Shown here piece by piece: positions 1-11,515 of a DNA stretch of 64,000 bases. Origin of the DNA: an uncultured Nitrososphaerota archaeon (GTDB taxonomy: Archaea > Thermoproteota > Nitrososphaeria > Nitrososphaerales > Nitrosopumilaceae); the NCBI GenBank assembly GCA_963824385.1, contig CAWGPD010000004.1, positions 544,001 through 608,000 of the forward strand, read 5' to 3'. Position 1 is the stretch's first letter, and the number at the start of each line of letters is the position of its first letter. The position numbers and the translations under genes are program-made. Under the pieces are notes generated by a model. That model did no database searches. It saw only the letters and a program-made list of their open reading frames with translations, and was not told where the DNA came from.

Positions 1-964
1 ATTCAGGAACGGGTTTGCATTTCTTGGGTTAAAGTTGGCCCACATAATTTGTCCCATAAACACTGCGTTAGCAGTAAGAGCAGAAGCCAAAATTACTGGA
101 ATGTTTGAAACATACATTAACTTGATTGGATATACAGCTGAGAATCCCCTATATTTTGTAGATACGATTGGGATTTCTATCTTGATTCCTTGAGTATAGA
201 CAAGAATCAGTAATACTCCAGCTGTTATCAATAAACCAAATATGCCAGGCAATTGATTAGACCGGAAGAATAGATTAGTAAAATCATGATGAAGTGCACC
301 ATGTATAATATTTGCAAATACACCTACTGGACCTCCATCTCCTGCAGGAACTGGACTGAATATACTCCAAATTACTTGTTGGGCTACACCTGCAGCAATA
401 AACAAACTAATTCCACTTCCAAGTCCCCATCCTTTTTGTACTAATTCGTCCAACAACATGATTATCACAGATGCACCGATTAACTGTCCTATCAGAATGA
501 AGATAGACTTCATGGTTGGGCATCCTTGGTCCATAAACTGCCATACCATACAGTGATGACTCGGCAATGATTACTATGTAAGTGACAATCTTGGTGGCTG
601 TTTGATATAGTTCTCTGTCTTCTGGTTTCTTGAAGTCAAGATGGAATATCTCAGAACCTTTTAGAAGTTGCATTAAGAGTCCAGCAGTAACAATAGGTCC
701 AATTCCAAGTTCTATCAATGTACCTTGCTGTGAAGCAAAAATTACTCTAGCAAATGCAAGAAAATCAAAGGATGGTGTTGAAGCTCCATAAAGAGGAGTT
801 TGTCCCATAATCATGTAAATAAATAATGCTATTCCACACCACATCAAACGGACTTGTAATGGGATTTTCTTTTTTGGTTTTGGTACTTGTGGGATGTAGA
901 CTTCAGCTTTTGAAATAATAGTTTTTAAAAAACCGCCAGAGGCTTTACCTTCTTCTGCTGTCAC
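1..964 (-). CDS. secY: Preprotein translocase SecY (Sec61alpha); runs off window start; frameshift near 500-530
   Basis: GTLIELGIGPIVTAGLLMQLL motif. Another frame continues ...MLLDELVQKGWGLGSGISL. Follows rpl15. Confidence 0.95.
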
Positions 965-1383
965 GCTACTGCTTGCACCTCTCCACCAGATTGTTTTATT
1001 TTTTCTTCGGCAGAAGCAGAGAATTTTTCCACCTTAACAACATAAGCATTCTTAGTCTGTCCTCCCCCTAACAGCTTATCATAGCCTAGTTCAGTAAGGT
1101 CTATCAGTTTCTTGCCCCCTTCCTGTTTCCCAAATTTTGCAAAGATATCATCTAAATCTCTTACACTAGCCCATTTACGAACTAGATTTGGATGTGGTGG
1201 ATGAGTAGAATCATGACCGAAATGTTTTGGATCAGTCATTAGCATTCTTATGAAATGATGTTTATGCAAACCTGATTGGCCAAGTCCTCCTTTATGGCCA
1301 CTTGCTCTGTGTTGACCAATCTGTCCCCAACCACAGTGTCTACTTCCCCTGTATTTTCTTGTCTTTCTGAATCTTGTTGGCAT
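961..1383 (-). CDS. rpl15: 50S ribosomal protein uL15
   Basis: RKYRGSRHCGWG, DKLLGGG, SASAEEKIKQSGG; spc-operon position. Confidence 0.96.
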   Translation of the reverse strand: MPTRFRKTRKYRGSRHCGWGQIGQHRASGHKGGLGQSGLHKHHFIRMLMTDPKHFGHDSTHPPHPNLVRKWASVRDLDDIFAKFGKQEGGKKLIDLTELGYDKLLGGGQTKNAYVVKVEKFSASAEEKIKQSGGEVQAVA

Positions 1384-1384
1384 T

Positions 1385-1852
1385 TTACATCATTAACCTC
1401 ACTTGTGCTAAGAGTTCTTTATGACTACCAAGGACTCCCCCTTCGCCATACATCTTCTTGGTATTTCGTTTGAATCCATGTTTTGGCGGTGATAAAGCAA
1501 ACCATGGTTTAAGTGGTTTTAATTTAGATAATGTAGCAGTTCCCTCAGCAATTGACTTTGCGAGGTCATCTGTATTTTTGAATCCTAATTTTGTCATGTC
1601 TTCTGGAGTGATTTTTTTATAACCACCCTTACGTGCCTTTTTCTCCAATCACTCTTTGGTGGTTTGTACATCGATTTCTTGCCATGAGACATAATGTTTA
1701 ATCTTATCAAGCATACCTTTTGTGTTATCTTTTTCTGGAATTATTGTGGCACGGAATCTTTTGTCCAAGTGTAGAAGATCCATTGTAGTATCAGCCCAAT
1801 AAGGAACATTAACCGTTCCCTTCATTCTGACTATTAAGAAAGCTTTACCCAT
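1385..1852 (-). CDS. rpl30: 50S ribosomal protein uL30; in-frame TGA at 1649-1651
   Basis: Two in-frame ORF halves (IVRMKGTVNV...LLHL; FALSPPKHGF) joined by GAG-TGA-TTG. Confidence 0.92.
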
Positions 1853-1860
1853 ATCTTCAT

Positions 1861-2497
1861 TCAACCCTGACTAAATGTTTGTCTCAAGCAGTCCAAAACA
1901 GACTCGTGATGTAGATGTCATGGTGTTTGTTGACCCTGTACTTTTTGTCCAAGCATCCTTCAAACCTGCTAATTTCAAAAGATTTCTAATATTTCCACCC
2001 GCTACAAGTCCTAGACCTCTTGGTCCTGGAATAACTTCTATTGTAACACTTCCACCTCGGCCCCTAATTTTGAATGGAACAGAATGTGGTTGTTCACATC
2101 TACATTCCCAACTTCCGCAACCAAGTTTTACTGGACTGACATTAAGATAAGCTTGATTTGTTGCTTTTTCAATTGCAATTCTCATTTGTTTTGATTTTCC
2201 TTGTCCTATTCCTAACCAACCATTTTCATCACCTGCTGCAACAAGTGCTTTAAATCGCGTATATTCACCGTTGGTTGTTTGTTTTTGAACAATTCCAACA
2301 TCAATTACTTCTGTTTTAATTCCTGGTAATAATTTTTTAATGATTCCAGCCTCTTGAATTCGATAACCGTTTTCATAAATTTCTTTCATTGTCGTAATCT
2401 TTTCAGTTGCAACTAGTGTTCCCAGTTTGGTCCTTGGAACCCACACCTGTTCTGGTTCTCTTCTTGGTGGTCTTGATCTTTGTTCTGTTCTACTCAT
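1861..2497 (-). CDS. rps5: 30S ribosomal protein uS5; probable frameshift near 1905
   Basis: WVPRTKLG, GCGSWEC, IPGPRGLGLVAG; alternate frame gives SVLDCLRQTFSQG*. Confidence 0.95.
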
Positions 2498-2982
2498 TTG
2501 GATTTAACCTCACTATCAATTGCAGATCTTACTTTATCGATCTCATTTGCAACTTTAAGATGCTTACCACTAATCCTCTCTTCAGATGGAAAAGTTTCTG
2601 CGTCTGCGGGTACGTCTAGTCCAGCATCTATTATTCCTTTCAATGCTGCCGCAATTCTTTGGGTATATTTTCTAGTACCAGTATAAAGTACTGCACTCTT
2701 GACTCCACTTGCAAGTGCTTTCTTACCTGCCAGATAACCAGTAAGATATGCTGCTGGAATACTCTTTCTTGAACCCTTCCAGCCCTTATTGATGAGTGAT
2801 CTGGAATGAGCTGATGAAAGAACCTTATCACCAGCCATTTCTGGCTTGTGAATTTGTACAAGTGTGTTTTCATTTGAGATCTGAACTGTGATAAAGTCTC
2901 GTCTACCCATCAAGAGATGTCTTCTCTTTTTGTAGTTGGTCTTCTCGTCCCGAGATCTACGTAATATTTGTGAATATGCCAT
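2494..2982 (-). CDS. rpl18: 50S ribosomal protein uL18
   Basis: KTNYKKR, PAAYLTGYLAG, GIIDAGLDVP. Confidence 0.96.
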   Translation of the reverse strand: MAYSQILRRSRDEKTNYKKRRHLLMGRRDFITVQISNENTLVQIHKPEMAGDKVLSSAHSRSLINKGWKGSRKSIPAAYLTGYLAGKKALASGVKSAVLYTGTRKYTQRIAAALKGIIDAGLDVPADAETFPSEERISGKHLKVANEIDKVRSAIDSEVKSK

Positions 2983-3031
2983 ATGTACTAATTCCTATTT
3001 ACAAAAAATTTTGGTGAAGCTCTTATAAACG

Positions 3032-3945
3032 TTAGACTTGGAGTAGAAAAGCCATTAGTGCTTTTTGTGCATGAAGTCTATTTTCTGCTTCATCCCATAT
3101 TACGGATTGTGGACCATCAAGTACTTCACTTGTAACCTCTTGACCTCTTTTTGCTGGAAGACAATGCAAGAAAATTGCATCATGATTTGCTTTTTTCATT
3201 AAATTTGAGTTTACTTGAAAGCGAGGCAGAAAATCTTTTGCTCTATCCGTTGCTTGATGATGAATTGAAACAAAGGTATCTGTTACCACAACATCGGCAT
3301 TCTTTACAGCCAGTTCAGGATTACTATGTAATTGAATATTAATGAATTTTTTTGATTCTTTAATTACATTCGGATTTGGCTCATAACCTTTAGGAGTTGC
3401 AATGTTAATATCAATAGATACTTTCGCACATCCATAAATCATGGAATTACAAACATTATTTCCGTCTCCTATCCATGCAATTTTCAATCCATTAAGTTTT
3501 TTCTTTTTCTCTTTAATTGTCATAAGATCTGCCAATATTTGACACGGATGAAAGGAATCAGAGAGTCCATTTATTACAGGCACAGTAGAATTTTTGGCCA
3601 ATATTTCTACTTCGTCATGTAAATACACTCTAGCCATTATCAAATCAACATATCGTGAGAGTGTCTTACTGTATCTTCTATTGTCTCACCTCTTTTTATT
3701 TGGAGATCATCTGCAGACAAATTGAGAGCATGTCCACCTAGTTGAAACATTCCAGTTTCAAAGCTGACTCTAGTACGAGTAGATGGTTTCTGGAAAATCA
3801 TTGCAAGTGATTTATTTTTTAATAGTGGTTTGGAAATTCCTTTTTTAATATCCTTCTTTAATTTGATAGCATTTTCTAATATTTCTAATAACTCATGTTT
3901 ACTAAGCTCATTGAGTGTAAGTAGATCTTTTGTTTTTACTTTCAT
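3032..3945 (-). CDS. argF: Ornithine carbamoyltransferase; frameshift near 3660
   Basis: [31 protein letters not shown] across two ORFs. Confidence 0.95.
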
Positions 3946-5436
3946 TTCTTCACCCATCCAAATAACGAGCGCTTCTTCTTAGGCCTTTTCATCATCTATT
4001 TCTGCAATCTCTTCTTTTGTAGTTTTTGATTCGACTTGTTGTTCTTGTTTTTTTGGTCGTCCTTGAGAAATCCATTTTTTAATATCTGATGCAAGTTTCC
4101 TTGCTTGTTCATCATTTTCAGGAGGAGGTGCATCAAAGAAGTCTGAATAATTTTCAATGTCTTTTGTTGAAATTCCTGCAAACGGATCTTCTTCTAAAAT
4201 TTGTTTTTCCTGTTCCTTATCAACAATGATTTTTGATTTTAGTTCAACTTTAGGTTCTGGTTTTAGTTCAACTTTAGGTTCTGGTTTTAGTTCAACTTTA
4301 GGTTCTGGTTTTAGTTCAACTTTAGGTTCTGGTTTTAGTTCAACTTTAGGTTCTGGTTTTAGTTCAACTTTAGGTTCTGGTTTTAGTTCAACTTTAGGTT
4401 CTGGTTTTAGTTCAACTTTAGGTTCTGGTTTTAGTTCAACTTTAGGTTCTGGTTTTAGTTCAACTTTAGGTTCTGGTTTTAGTTCAACTTTAGACTCCAT
4501 GAGTTTTTTCTGAACGTCTTCAATAATTTCTGCATGACCAAAGAGAGTTTCTAAAAATATATCTTTGTCAAAAGATTTCAGATCTTTATACTCTTGTCCA
4601 ACACCTAGGTAAAGAATTGGACTAGATGTTACTTTAACGATAGAAATAGCAGCTCCACCACGAGCGTCCGCGTCACTTTTTGTAAGTATGGCCCCATCAA
4701 ACTTTGTATAATTATGAAATTCTCTTGCTTGACTTACGGTGTCATTACCAGCCAATGAATCACCTACAAATAATTTAAGATCAGGATTTACTACTTTGTT
4801 AATTTTAGATATTTGATCCATCAAATTCTTACTAGTTTGCATTCTTCCAGCTGTATCAATTAATATACAATCTATTTTATGAGATTTGGAATAAAGCACT
4901 GCATCTCGAGCTACTGCTGCTGGATCTGATCCATAGTTTTGAGAGATAACTTTGATGTTCAATCTTTTTCCATGTTCACCTATCTGTTCAATTGCACCCG
5001 CTCTGTAAGTATCAGCTGCAGCAATCACAACCGAATATTTGTTCTCTCGCAAAAGATTTGCAATCTTTGCGATTGTGGTAGTTTTTCCGGTTCCGTTAAT
5101 ACCCATAAATGAGATAATGTATGGTTCTCCCTTGTCCTTCTTTTTTTGAATGTTAGATAAAATATCAACAGTGCCTGCTACATCAAACATATTTGAAATG
5201 CTTTTTCGAAGTTCTTGTTTTACAACTTCGGCAATCTTGTCCTTGTTAACGGTAGCACCGATTAATTGTTTTTTCAAGTCATCTTTTAGGGCATCAATTA
5301 CTTCTGTTGCAACATCAGATTCCAGTAATGCAACCTCAAGTTCAAACAAAACTTCGTCAATATCTTTTTCCTTTAGTTCCTTTTCTCCAAAACTTTTAAC
5401 CGCTACAGAAAATGCATTTCGTAGTTTTTCAAACAT
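3942..5436 (-). CDS. ftsY: SRP receptor FtsY with repetitive C-terminal extension; ORF stops at 3979, corrected end probably 3942
   Basis: [32 protein letters not shown]. Removing one G near 3985 gives [14 protein letters not shown] overlapping the argF ATG. Confidence 0.95.
4237..4493. repeat. Perfect 24-bp coding tandem repeat, 10 full copies plus 17 bp (KVELKPEP)
   Basis: TTTTAGTTCAACTTTAGGTTCTGG repeated with no spacers inside ftsY. Confidence 0.97.
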
Positions 5437-5447
5437 AATGTACTGCC

Positions 5448-5870
5448 TTACTGCGTAGGACTACGATTTGATTGTATAAGTTTGTTCATTTCGTGTTGTC
5501 CCTGTTCAAGTTTCATGGAAACTTCTTGTCGTTGTGATGCTAATTGTTGCAGTACCATCTCAAGTTCCTTAATTCTAGATTCCATGTAGTTTATTGCAGA
5601 TTCTTTATTTTGTTCCAATGAAGCACCTGCGCCTATATTTACAATCATTTTTTGATCAGGATTTATTTTTGCTTTTACATATACTCCCAAACCCACTGGT
5701 ACAAGAGTCTCATATTCTGCGTTACCTGTTAGCGCTTTCATCGATTCAACGGCATTTGTTGCCTCTTGTAAAAGTCTCATCACTGTTTCTTCCTGTTGTA
5801 ACAAATCATTTAGATAAGCTTCTAGAGATTGCATCTGTTGCAACAAGGCTTGAGCATGTTCTTCACTCAT
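5448..5870 (-). CDS. pfdA: Prefoldin alpha subunit
   Basis: Coiled coils flanking TLVPVGLGVYVKA and VNIGAG; adjacent to ftsY. Confidence 0.92.
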   Translation of the reverse strand: MSEEHAQALLQQMQSLEAYLNDLLQQEETVMRLLQEATNAVESMKALTGNAEYETLVPVGLGVYVKAKINPDQKMIVNIGAGASLEQNKESAINYMESRIKELEMVLQQLASQRQEVSMKLEQGQHEMNKLIQSNRSPTQ

Positions 5871-5940
5871 TTGCAAAAAATTCTCTTAATGACTATAAAT
5901 TCATTCTGAAAACATAGAATAAAATAAAAAGAAGAAGAAA

Positions 5941-6566
5941 TTATGCTTTTATCTTTGAAAGTCTTGCATCTACTTCATCCCAGTTTATTACATTCCACCA
6001 AGCATTTACATAATCTGCGCGTCGATTTTGGTATTTCAGATAATATGCGTGCTCCCAAACATCTAATCCCATTAATGGGATCAAACCTTTGGTTCGTGGA
6101 CTTGTTTGATTTGGCATTGTAGTAAACTCAACTTTCTTTGTCTGTGGATTGTAGGTTAACCAACCCCAACCACTTCCTTGAATAGCAATCGTATCCTTTA
6201 CGAATTTTTCTTTGAAACTATCAAAGTTTCCAAACACAGAATTGATAGGCTTCTTCTAAGCTTACCTCCTGGTTTTCCACCACCGCTTGGTTTCATATTA
6301 TTCCAGAATAGAGCATGGTTCTCATAACCTCCTCCATGGAAATTCACTGCACCTCTAACATTTTCTGGAACTTGATTCAAGTTTGAAAGTAACTTGGTTA
6401 GTTCCATCTCTTGCAATTCAGTGCTCAGATTTGCTAATGCATTATTCAAGCCATCAGTATATGCTTGATGATGTTTCGTGTGATGAATTTCCATTGTTCT
6501 GGCGTCAATGTGTGGCTCCAAAGAATCGTATGAATATGGTACTTTTGGAAGTTCATATTTTGCCAT
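5941..6566 (-). CDS. sod: Fe/Mn superoxide dismutase; frameshift near 6250
   Basis: HHTKHHQAY, GSGWGWL, DVWEHAYY. Confidence 0.95.
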
Positions 6567-6642
6567 AAGAATTCCAAGTTTTTCTTGCCATTTATGGCTT
6601 TGGTTGCAAATGCATTTTATCTGGTCTTGATGAAGACACCAT

Positions 6643-8679
6643 GTGATAGAGAAATCGTTAATTTTTTCTCTTGTTTTTGTGTTATGCATTTCATATTTTA
6701 TTTCATATTCTATTGAAGATGAGCAAAGTCTTCTTTCAAAGAGTATACAATTGGTTGGTGTTCAAATCCCAAGACAACATGGGTTAAACGGTCAAGGAGT
6801 AAAGGTGGGCATCATAGATACAGGAATTGATTTTAATCATCCAGATTTACGTGGGTATGGTCCTTTGGGAAGAGTTGTAGGAGGATACAATTATGTTGAT
6901 ACAAATGAAGAACCATTAGATACTAATGGTCACGGTACAGAAGTTGCTGGCATAATTGGTGCCAATGGTAATTTTTCAGGAATGGCTCCAAAATCTCAGT
7001 TATTCTCATACAAAGTATCGTCTACAGGGGAAGGTGTTTCCTCAGAATATATCATTCAGGCTATTTCTCAGGCCATAGATGACAAGATGAATGTGATAAA
7101 CATAAGTCTTGGAGTGAACAGAACAAATGACGGATTAGAAAATGCAGTAGATGAGGCAGTAAAAAAAGGAATTGTCGTTGTGACTGCAGCCGGAAATAAT
7201 GGCCCAGATAATGAAACAATTGGAAGTCCTGGAAGAGATGTTAATGTGATAACAGTTGGAGCGTCATATAATAACATAACATCAAGTCTTGTGTCAACTT
7301 TTGAGATTGAAAGTAAACAATATGATGCAATACCAATGCTTGGTGTAAGTGCTTTACAAAAGTCCATTGAAGGCAAGATAATTTATGGCGGATATGGAAG
7401 ATTAAAGGATCTTGAAAATATCAATGTCAAAGGAGCCATATTACTTGAGCAAAGAGGTAGTGATACAAAAGGTGAGAAGGTATTTTTTTCAGAAAAAGAG
7501 AAAAATGCTGCAGACCGTGGTGCAATTGGATTAGTAGTATTCAACAACAAAAGCGGAATTTTTTTTGGTGATCTCATAGGACCTAATTCTACTAGAGGTT
7601 ATCAGCCAAGAATACCAGTCATTTCAATATCAGGTGAAGATGGGCTCGAATTGAAATCAACATTAAGTAATAACACCATAGGCCACTTTAACATATTTTA
7701 TCATCCAGATTTTGTAGCACCATTTAGTTCACGTGGACCAGTCTCAATTTTTTATGTAAAGCCTGATCTTGTTGCTCCAGGAGTTTTTGTAAATACTACA
7801 ACGCTTGGTGGAAAATACAACATAACAAGTGGAACAAGCATAGCTGCACCACATGTTACTGGTGCTGTTGCCATATTATTACAAAAGTATCCTAATTTAG
7901 ATCCAGAATCAATAGCATCACTCATAACAACAACAACTGATCCCGTTACAGATGCTTATGGGAATATACTTCCACTAGAAGTTGCTGGCAGTGGAAGATT
8001 AAATGTCACCAGTGCAGAATCTGCAAATTTAATAATCATTCCACGTAGTTTAGAGTTCAATCTATCTTATGATCACCCTAATGAAACTAAGACTTTGAAA
8101 TTACGTGTAATTAATGATTCATTTATTCCAAAGGTTAAAAGTTAGATTTTCATCAAGTGAATCAAGTCTTGCTTTCAATTATGCCGTAATCAATAATACA
8201 ATAAATGCTCAAATTACAGATAACATAAAAAAGATAGGCAATTATGAAGGATTTATCATAGTCGATGATTCAAAAACTTTGTATCGAATTCCTGTTCTCA
8301 TTCATTTAACAAAGGGAACATTAAACGTAAATCAAAATAATGGACAGATAAATTTTTCAATAGATTATCCTGAAAAATGGTCATATGCAAAGATTTCTTT
8401 AATCAAATCGGATTCACATGATGTGAAAACAACCGCAATCACTCCAGACAATAATAGAACTCTAACTGTTCATAGTACAGGCGAATATTGGATCCAGCTG
8501 ACATCAAAATAGGAAATAAAACTGATTATGCATATCAAACATTGATGGTAAATCAGGTTTCAGAAAATATCGATTTTGAAGATATTCTACATATTCACAT
8601 TAAACAAGTAATGATTATTTCCTCAATTCTAATTATTGCAGTCATGGTTGGATCAGTAGTAAGACGTAGACAGAATTAG
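6643..8679 (+). CDS. Membrane-anchored S8 (subtilisin) serine peptidase with PA insert; frameshifts near 8135 and 8500
   Basis: IIDTG / NGHGT / SGTSIAAPH triad, hydrophobic N-terminus, C-terminal TM plus RRR. Confidence 0.88.
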
Positions 8680-10280
8680 GTATGCGGTCCAGCATTTTGT
8701 ATTTCTAAAGAAACATTACCAAATTTTTTGAAGTTATCTACAAACATTTGAGCTAGTTTTTTTGCAGATGCATCATAAGCAGCTTTATCAGACCAAGTAT
8801 TTCTTGGATTCAATACATCAGATGGAACATCAGGACATGTAGTTGGAACATCCAAATTAAAGACAGGATCGTGTCTATAATTTACCTTATCCAACTCACC
8901 TGAAAGTGCAGCAGTAACCATACTTCTAGTATAATGAATGTTCATTCTTTTTCCAATTCCATATGGTCCACCTGACCAACCAGTATTTATCAAATAAACC
9001 ACTGTCTTGTGTTTTGTAATTTTTTCACCTAGCAATTTTGCATAAACTGATGCATGTCTAGACATGAAAGGAGCACCAAAACATTCTGAAAAGGTTGCTT
9101 TTGGTTCAGTAATTCCTCTTTCAGTACCTGCAAGTTTACTTGTATACCCAGACATAAAGTGATACATGGCCCCTTCTTTTGTCAGTCTAGCTATGGGTGG
9201 CAATACACCAAATGCGTCAGCAGTTAGAAATACTATGACTTGTGGATTTCCTCCAAGACTTGGTATTACTGCACCTGGAATGTAATCAAGGGGGTAAGCC
9301 GCTCGTGTATTTTCAGTTATACTTCCATCATGGAAATTTGGCATCATAGTATTTTTGTCAATCACAACATTTTCTAGAACTGCACCAGATCTTATTGCAT
9401 CCCAGATTTGTGGTTCAGCTTCTTTATTGAGGTTTATACACTTTGCATAGCACCCACCTTCAAAATTAAAAACTCCTTTATCTGACCATCCATGTTCATC
9501 ATCACCTATCAGATTACGATTTGAATCTGCAGATAGTGTAGTTTTTCCTGTACCTGAAAGACCAAAGAATAAAGATGTGTCACCATTTTTTCCAATATTA
9601 GCAGAACAGTGCATTGGAAAAACACCACGTGATGGCAAAATGTAATTCATTACTGAAAACATAGTCTTCTTTATTTCTCCAGCATATGATGTATCTCCAA
9701 TTAAAACAATTTTTTTTGTATAATTAAGAAGAATGAATGCATCTGATCGTGTACCGTCTATTTCAGGTATTGCCTTGAAATCATTTAATGCAATAACTGT
9801 ATACTCGGGTTTATGTACTTCAAGCTCTGAAACAGTTGGTCTAATGAAGAGTTGTCGTACAAAAAGACTCTGCCATGGATGATCAGTTATGATTCGAATT
9901 GCCAATCTATGTTCTGGGTCCGCTCCTACAAATCCATCAAAGATGAAAATATCTTTACCGTCAATGTATTTTTTCATCTTTTCAAATATTTTATCGAATT
10001 TATCTTCTGAAAATGGGTGATTAATTTTACCCCAATCAACAGTATTGTGGGTTTGTTCATCATCTATTATAAAACGATCATCTGGAGACCTTCCTGTATA
10101 TTTGCCAGTTTTTACTGCCATAGCCCCATTTGCAGTAAGAATTCCCTCATTCTTTTCTTCAATTAAATCAATTAAGGTCTTGACTGGCAAATTTCGCTGT
10201 ATCTTTGAAGGCATAATTCCCATTTGCTCCAATTGAGATACAACATGACGCGTGATCGTAGGTTCCAAATCCTCTATCAT
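8676..10280 (-). CDS. pckA: PEP carboxykinase (ATP); start uncertain (ORF extends to 10328)
   Basis: TGRSP, GLSGTGKTTLS, IGDDEHGW, NFEGGCYAK. Confidence 0.96.
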   Translation of the reverse strand: MIEDLEPTITRHVVSQLEQMGIMPSKIQRNLPVKTLIDLIEEKNEGILTANGAMAVKTGKYTGRSPDDRFIIDDEQTHNTVDWGKINHPFSEDKFDKIFEKMKKYIDGKDIFIFDGFVGADPEHRLAIRIITDHPWQSLFVRQLFIRPTVSELEVHKPEYTVIALNDFKAIPEIDGTRSDAFILLNYTKKIVLIGDTSYAGEIKKTMFSVMNYILPSRGVFPMHCSANIGKNGDTSLFFGLSGTGKTTLSADSNRNLIGDDEHGWSDKGVFNFEGGCYAKCINLNKEAEPQIWDAIRSGAVLENVVIDKNTMMPNFHDGSITENTRAAYPLDYIPGAVIPSLGGNPQVIVFLTADAFGVLPPIARLTKEGAMYHFMSGYTSKLAGTERGITEPKATFSECFGAPFMSRHASVYAKLLGEKITKHKTVVYLINTGWSGGPYGIGKRMNIHYTRSMVTAALSGELDKVNYRHDPVFNLDVPTTCPDVPSDVLNPRNTWSDKAAYDASAKKLAQMFVDNFKKFGNVSLEIQNAGPHT

Positions 10281-10381
10281 CGGGTAAGACGATTCCTTAT
10301 GAAATTCCTTATTATCTCTTCGGATCATAAATCATGAAACAAGAAACGTATTTATTGTAAAATTTAGTCAGAGTCGTGTAC

Positions 10382-10783
10382 ATGCCGATCAATAAAGAAG
10401 CTCTTGAACTTAGAAAGAAGATAGCTGAGCATAGACCAGCCTTTGTAAGACAAGAGAGCTGGAGATATTCAAGACTTGCAGAGACATGGAGAAAACCCAA
10501 AGGCATGGATAATCATCAAAGAAAACAGAAGAAAGGATGGCCAGCTTTAGTACGAATTGGATACGGCGGACCAAAAATAGCAAGAGGACTACATCCTTCA
10601 GGATTTACAGATAATTTAGTTTACAACTTAAAAGACTTGGAGAGACTTGATCCAAAGAAAGACGGAATTAGATTTGCTCATGGAGTAGGAAAAAAGAAAA
10701 GAACTGAAATAATTACAAAAGCAATAGAGAAAAACTTCAAAGTATTCAATGCAAGGGTGTCAGCTAGTGGTAGTAAATCTTAA
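10382..10783 (+). CDS. rpl32e: 50S ribosomal protein eL32
   Basis: WRKPKGMDNHQR, RGLHPSG. Confidence 0.95.
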   Translation: MPINKEALELRKKIAEHRPAFVRQESWRYSRLAETWRKPKGMDNHQRKQKKGWPALVRIGYGGPKIARGLHPSGFTDNLVYNLKDLERLDPKKDGIRFAHGVGKKKRTEIITKAIEKNFKVFNARVSASGSKS

Positions 10784-11216
10784 ATCAAAAAGGCTACTTG
10801 TCTCCAGGATTCTTGGAGTAGGAGCTGGTAGAGTAAGATTTGATCCAGAATATCTAGATGATGTAACAGATGCAATCACTCGTGACAACATTAGAAGTCT
10901 GATAACTGCAGGAACAATCCAAATAAAACCAATTGTAGGAACTTCAAAAGGAAGAGCACATTTTAAGAAATCTCAAAGACGTAAACGTGGAACCAAACAA
11001 GGTTCCAAGAAGGGAAGAAAGGGATCAAGAATAGGAAAGAAGGAAGTGTATGTCAAGAGAATAAGAGCAATGAGACACCAACTGAAAGTTTCAAAATCAA
11101 GAAAAGAAATAACAAATCCAAGCTATTGGAAACTTTACAAACAAGTCGGTGGAAATCAGGTAAGAAACTTGGCTCACCTTCGTAGCCTAATAGAAGAAGT
11201 TCGTACCAAGAAATAG
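10767..11216 (+). CDS. rpl19e: 50S ribosomal protein eL19 (GTG start)
   Basis: AITRDNIRSLI, GSKKG, RIRAMR. Confidence 0.95.
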   Translation: MVVNLKSKRLLVSRILGVGAGRVRFDPEYLDDVTDAITRDNIRSLITAGTIQIKPIVGTSKGRAHFKKSQRRKRGTKQGSKKGRKGSRIGKKEVYVKRIRAMRHQLKVSKSRKEITNPSYWKLYKQVGGNQVRNLAHLRSLIEEVRTKK

Positions 11217-11218
11217 AT

Positions 11219-11515
11219 TCAAAATCTATAGATTTTATCAGAATCTAGAATTTTTCCGTTCTTTATTTTAATTCCTTCCTTAGATAACATGTTAGTCTTA
11301 ATTTTTTCACCCCAAGCATAACCTCCAATTTTACCATTAGACAAAATTACTCGATGACAGGGAACAATAACTGGAAACGGATTTTTATTCATTATTCTCC
11401 CAATAGTTCGTTGCCCATTTTTCAGACCCACTGCTTTTGCAAGCTCAGAATAAGTTGTTACCTTCCCTTTTGGCACTTGTAAAAGTTTTCTATATACCTC
11501 ATTTTCAAGATTCAA
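11219..11515 (-). CDS. ogt: O6-alkylguanine DNA alkyltransferase (MGMT family), single domain
   Basis: VPKGKVTTYSELA and VPCHRV active-site motif. Confidence 0.88.
   Translation of the reverse strand: MNLENEVYRKLLQVPKGKVTTYSELAKAVGLKNGQRTIGRIMNKNPFPVIVPCHRVILSNGKIGGYAWGEKIKTNMLSKEGIKIKNGKILDSDKIYRF

Noticed and set aside
1649..1651. Selenocysteine or genome-wide UGA recoding
   Set aside because: The context suggests Leu, and TGA terminates many other genes here (rpl15, mdh, larE).
4237..4493. CRISPR array
   Set aside because: Repeats are contiguous with no spacers and in frame within ftsY; no cas genes.
4157..4513. Antisense (FSSTLGSG)n ORF and similar shadow ORFs (e.g. 46536-46994, 59193-59639, 56250-56636)
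   Set aside because: They lie opposite or within well-supported genes and have no motifs of their own.
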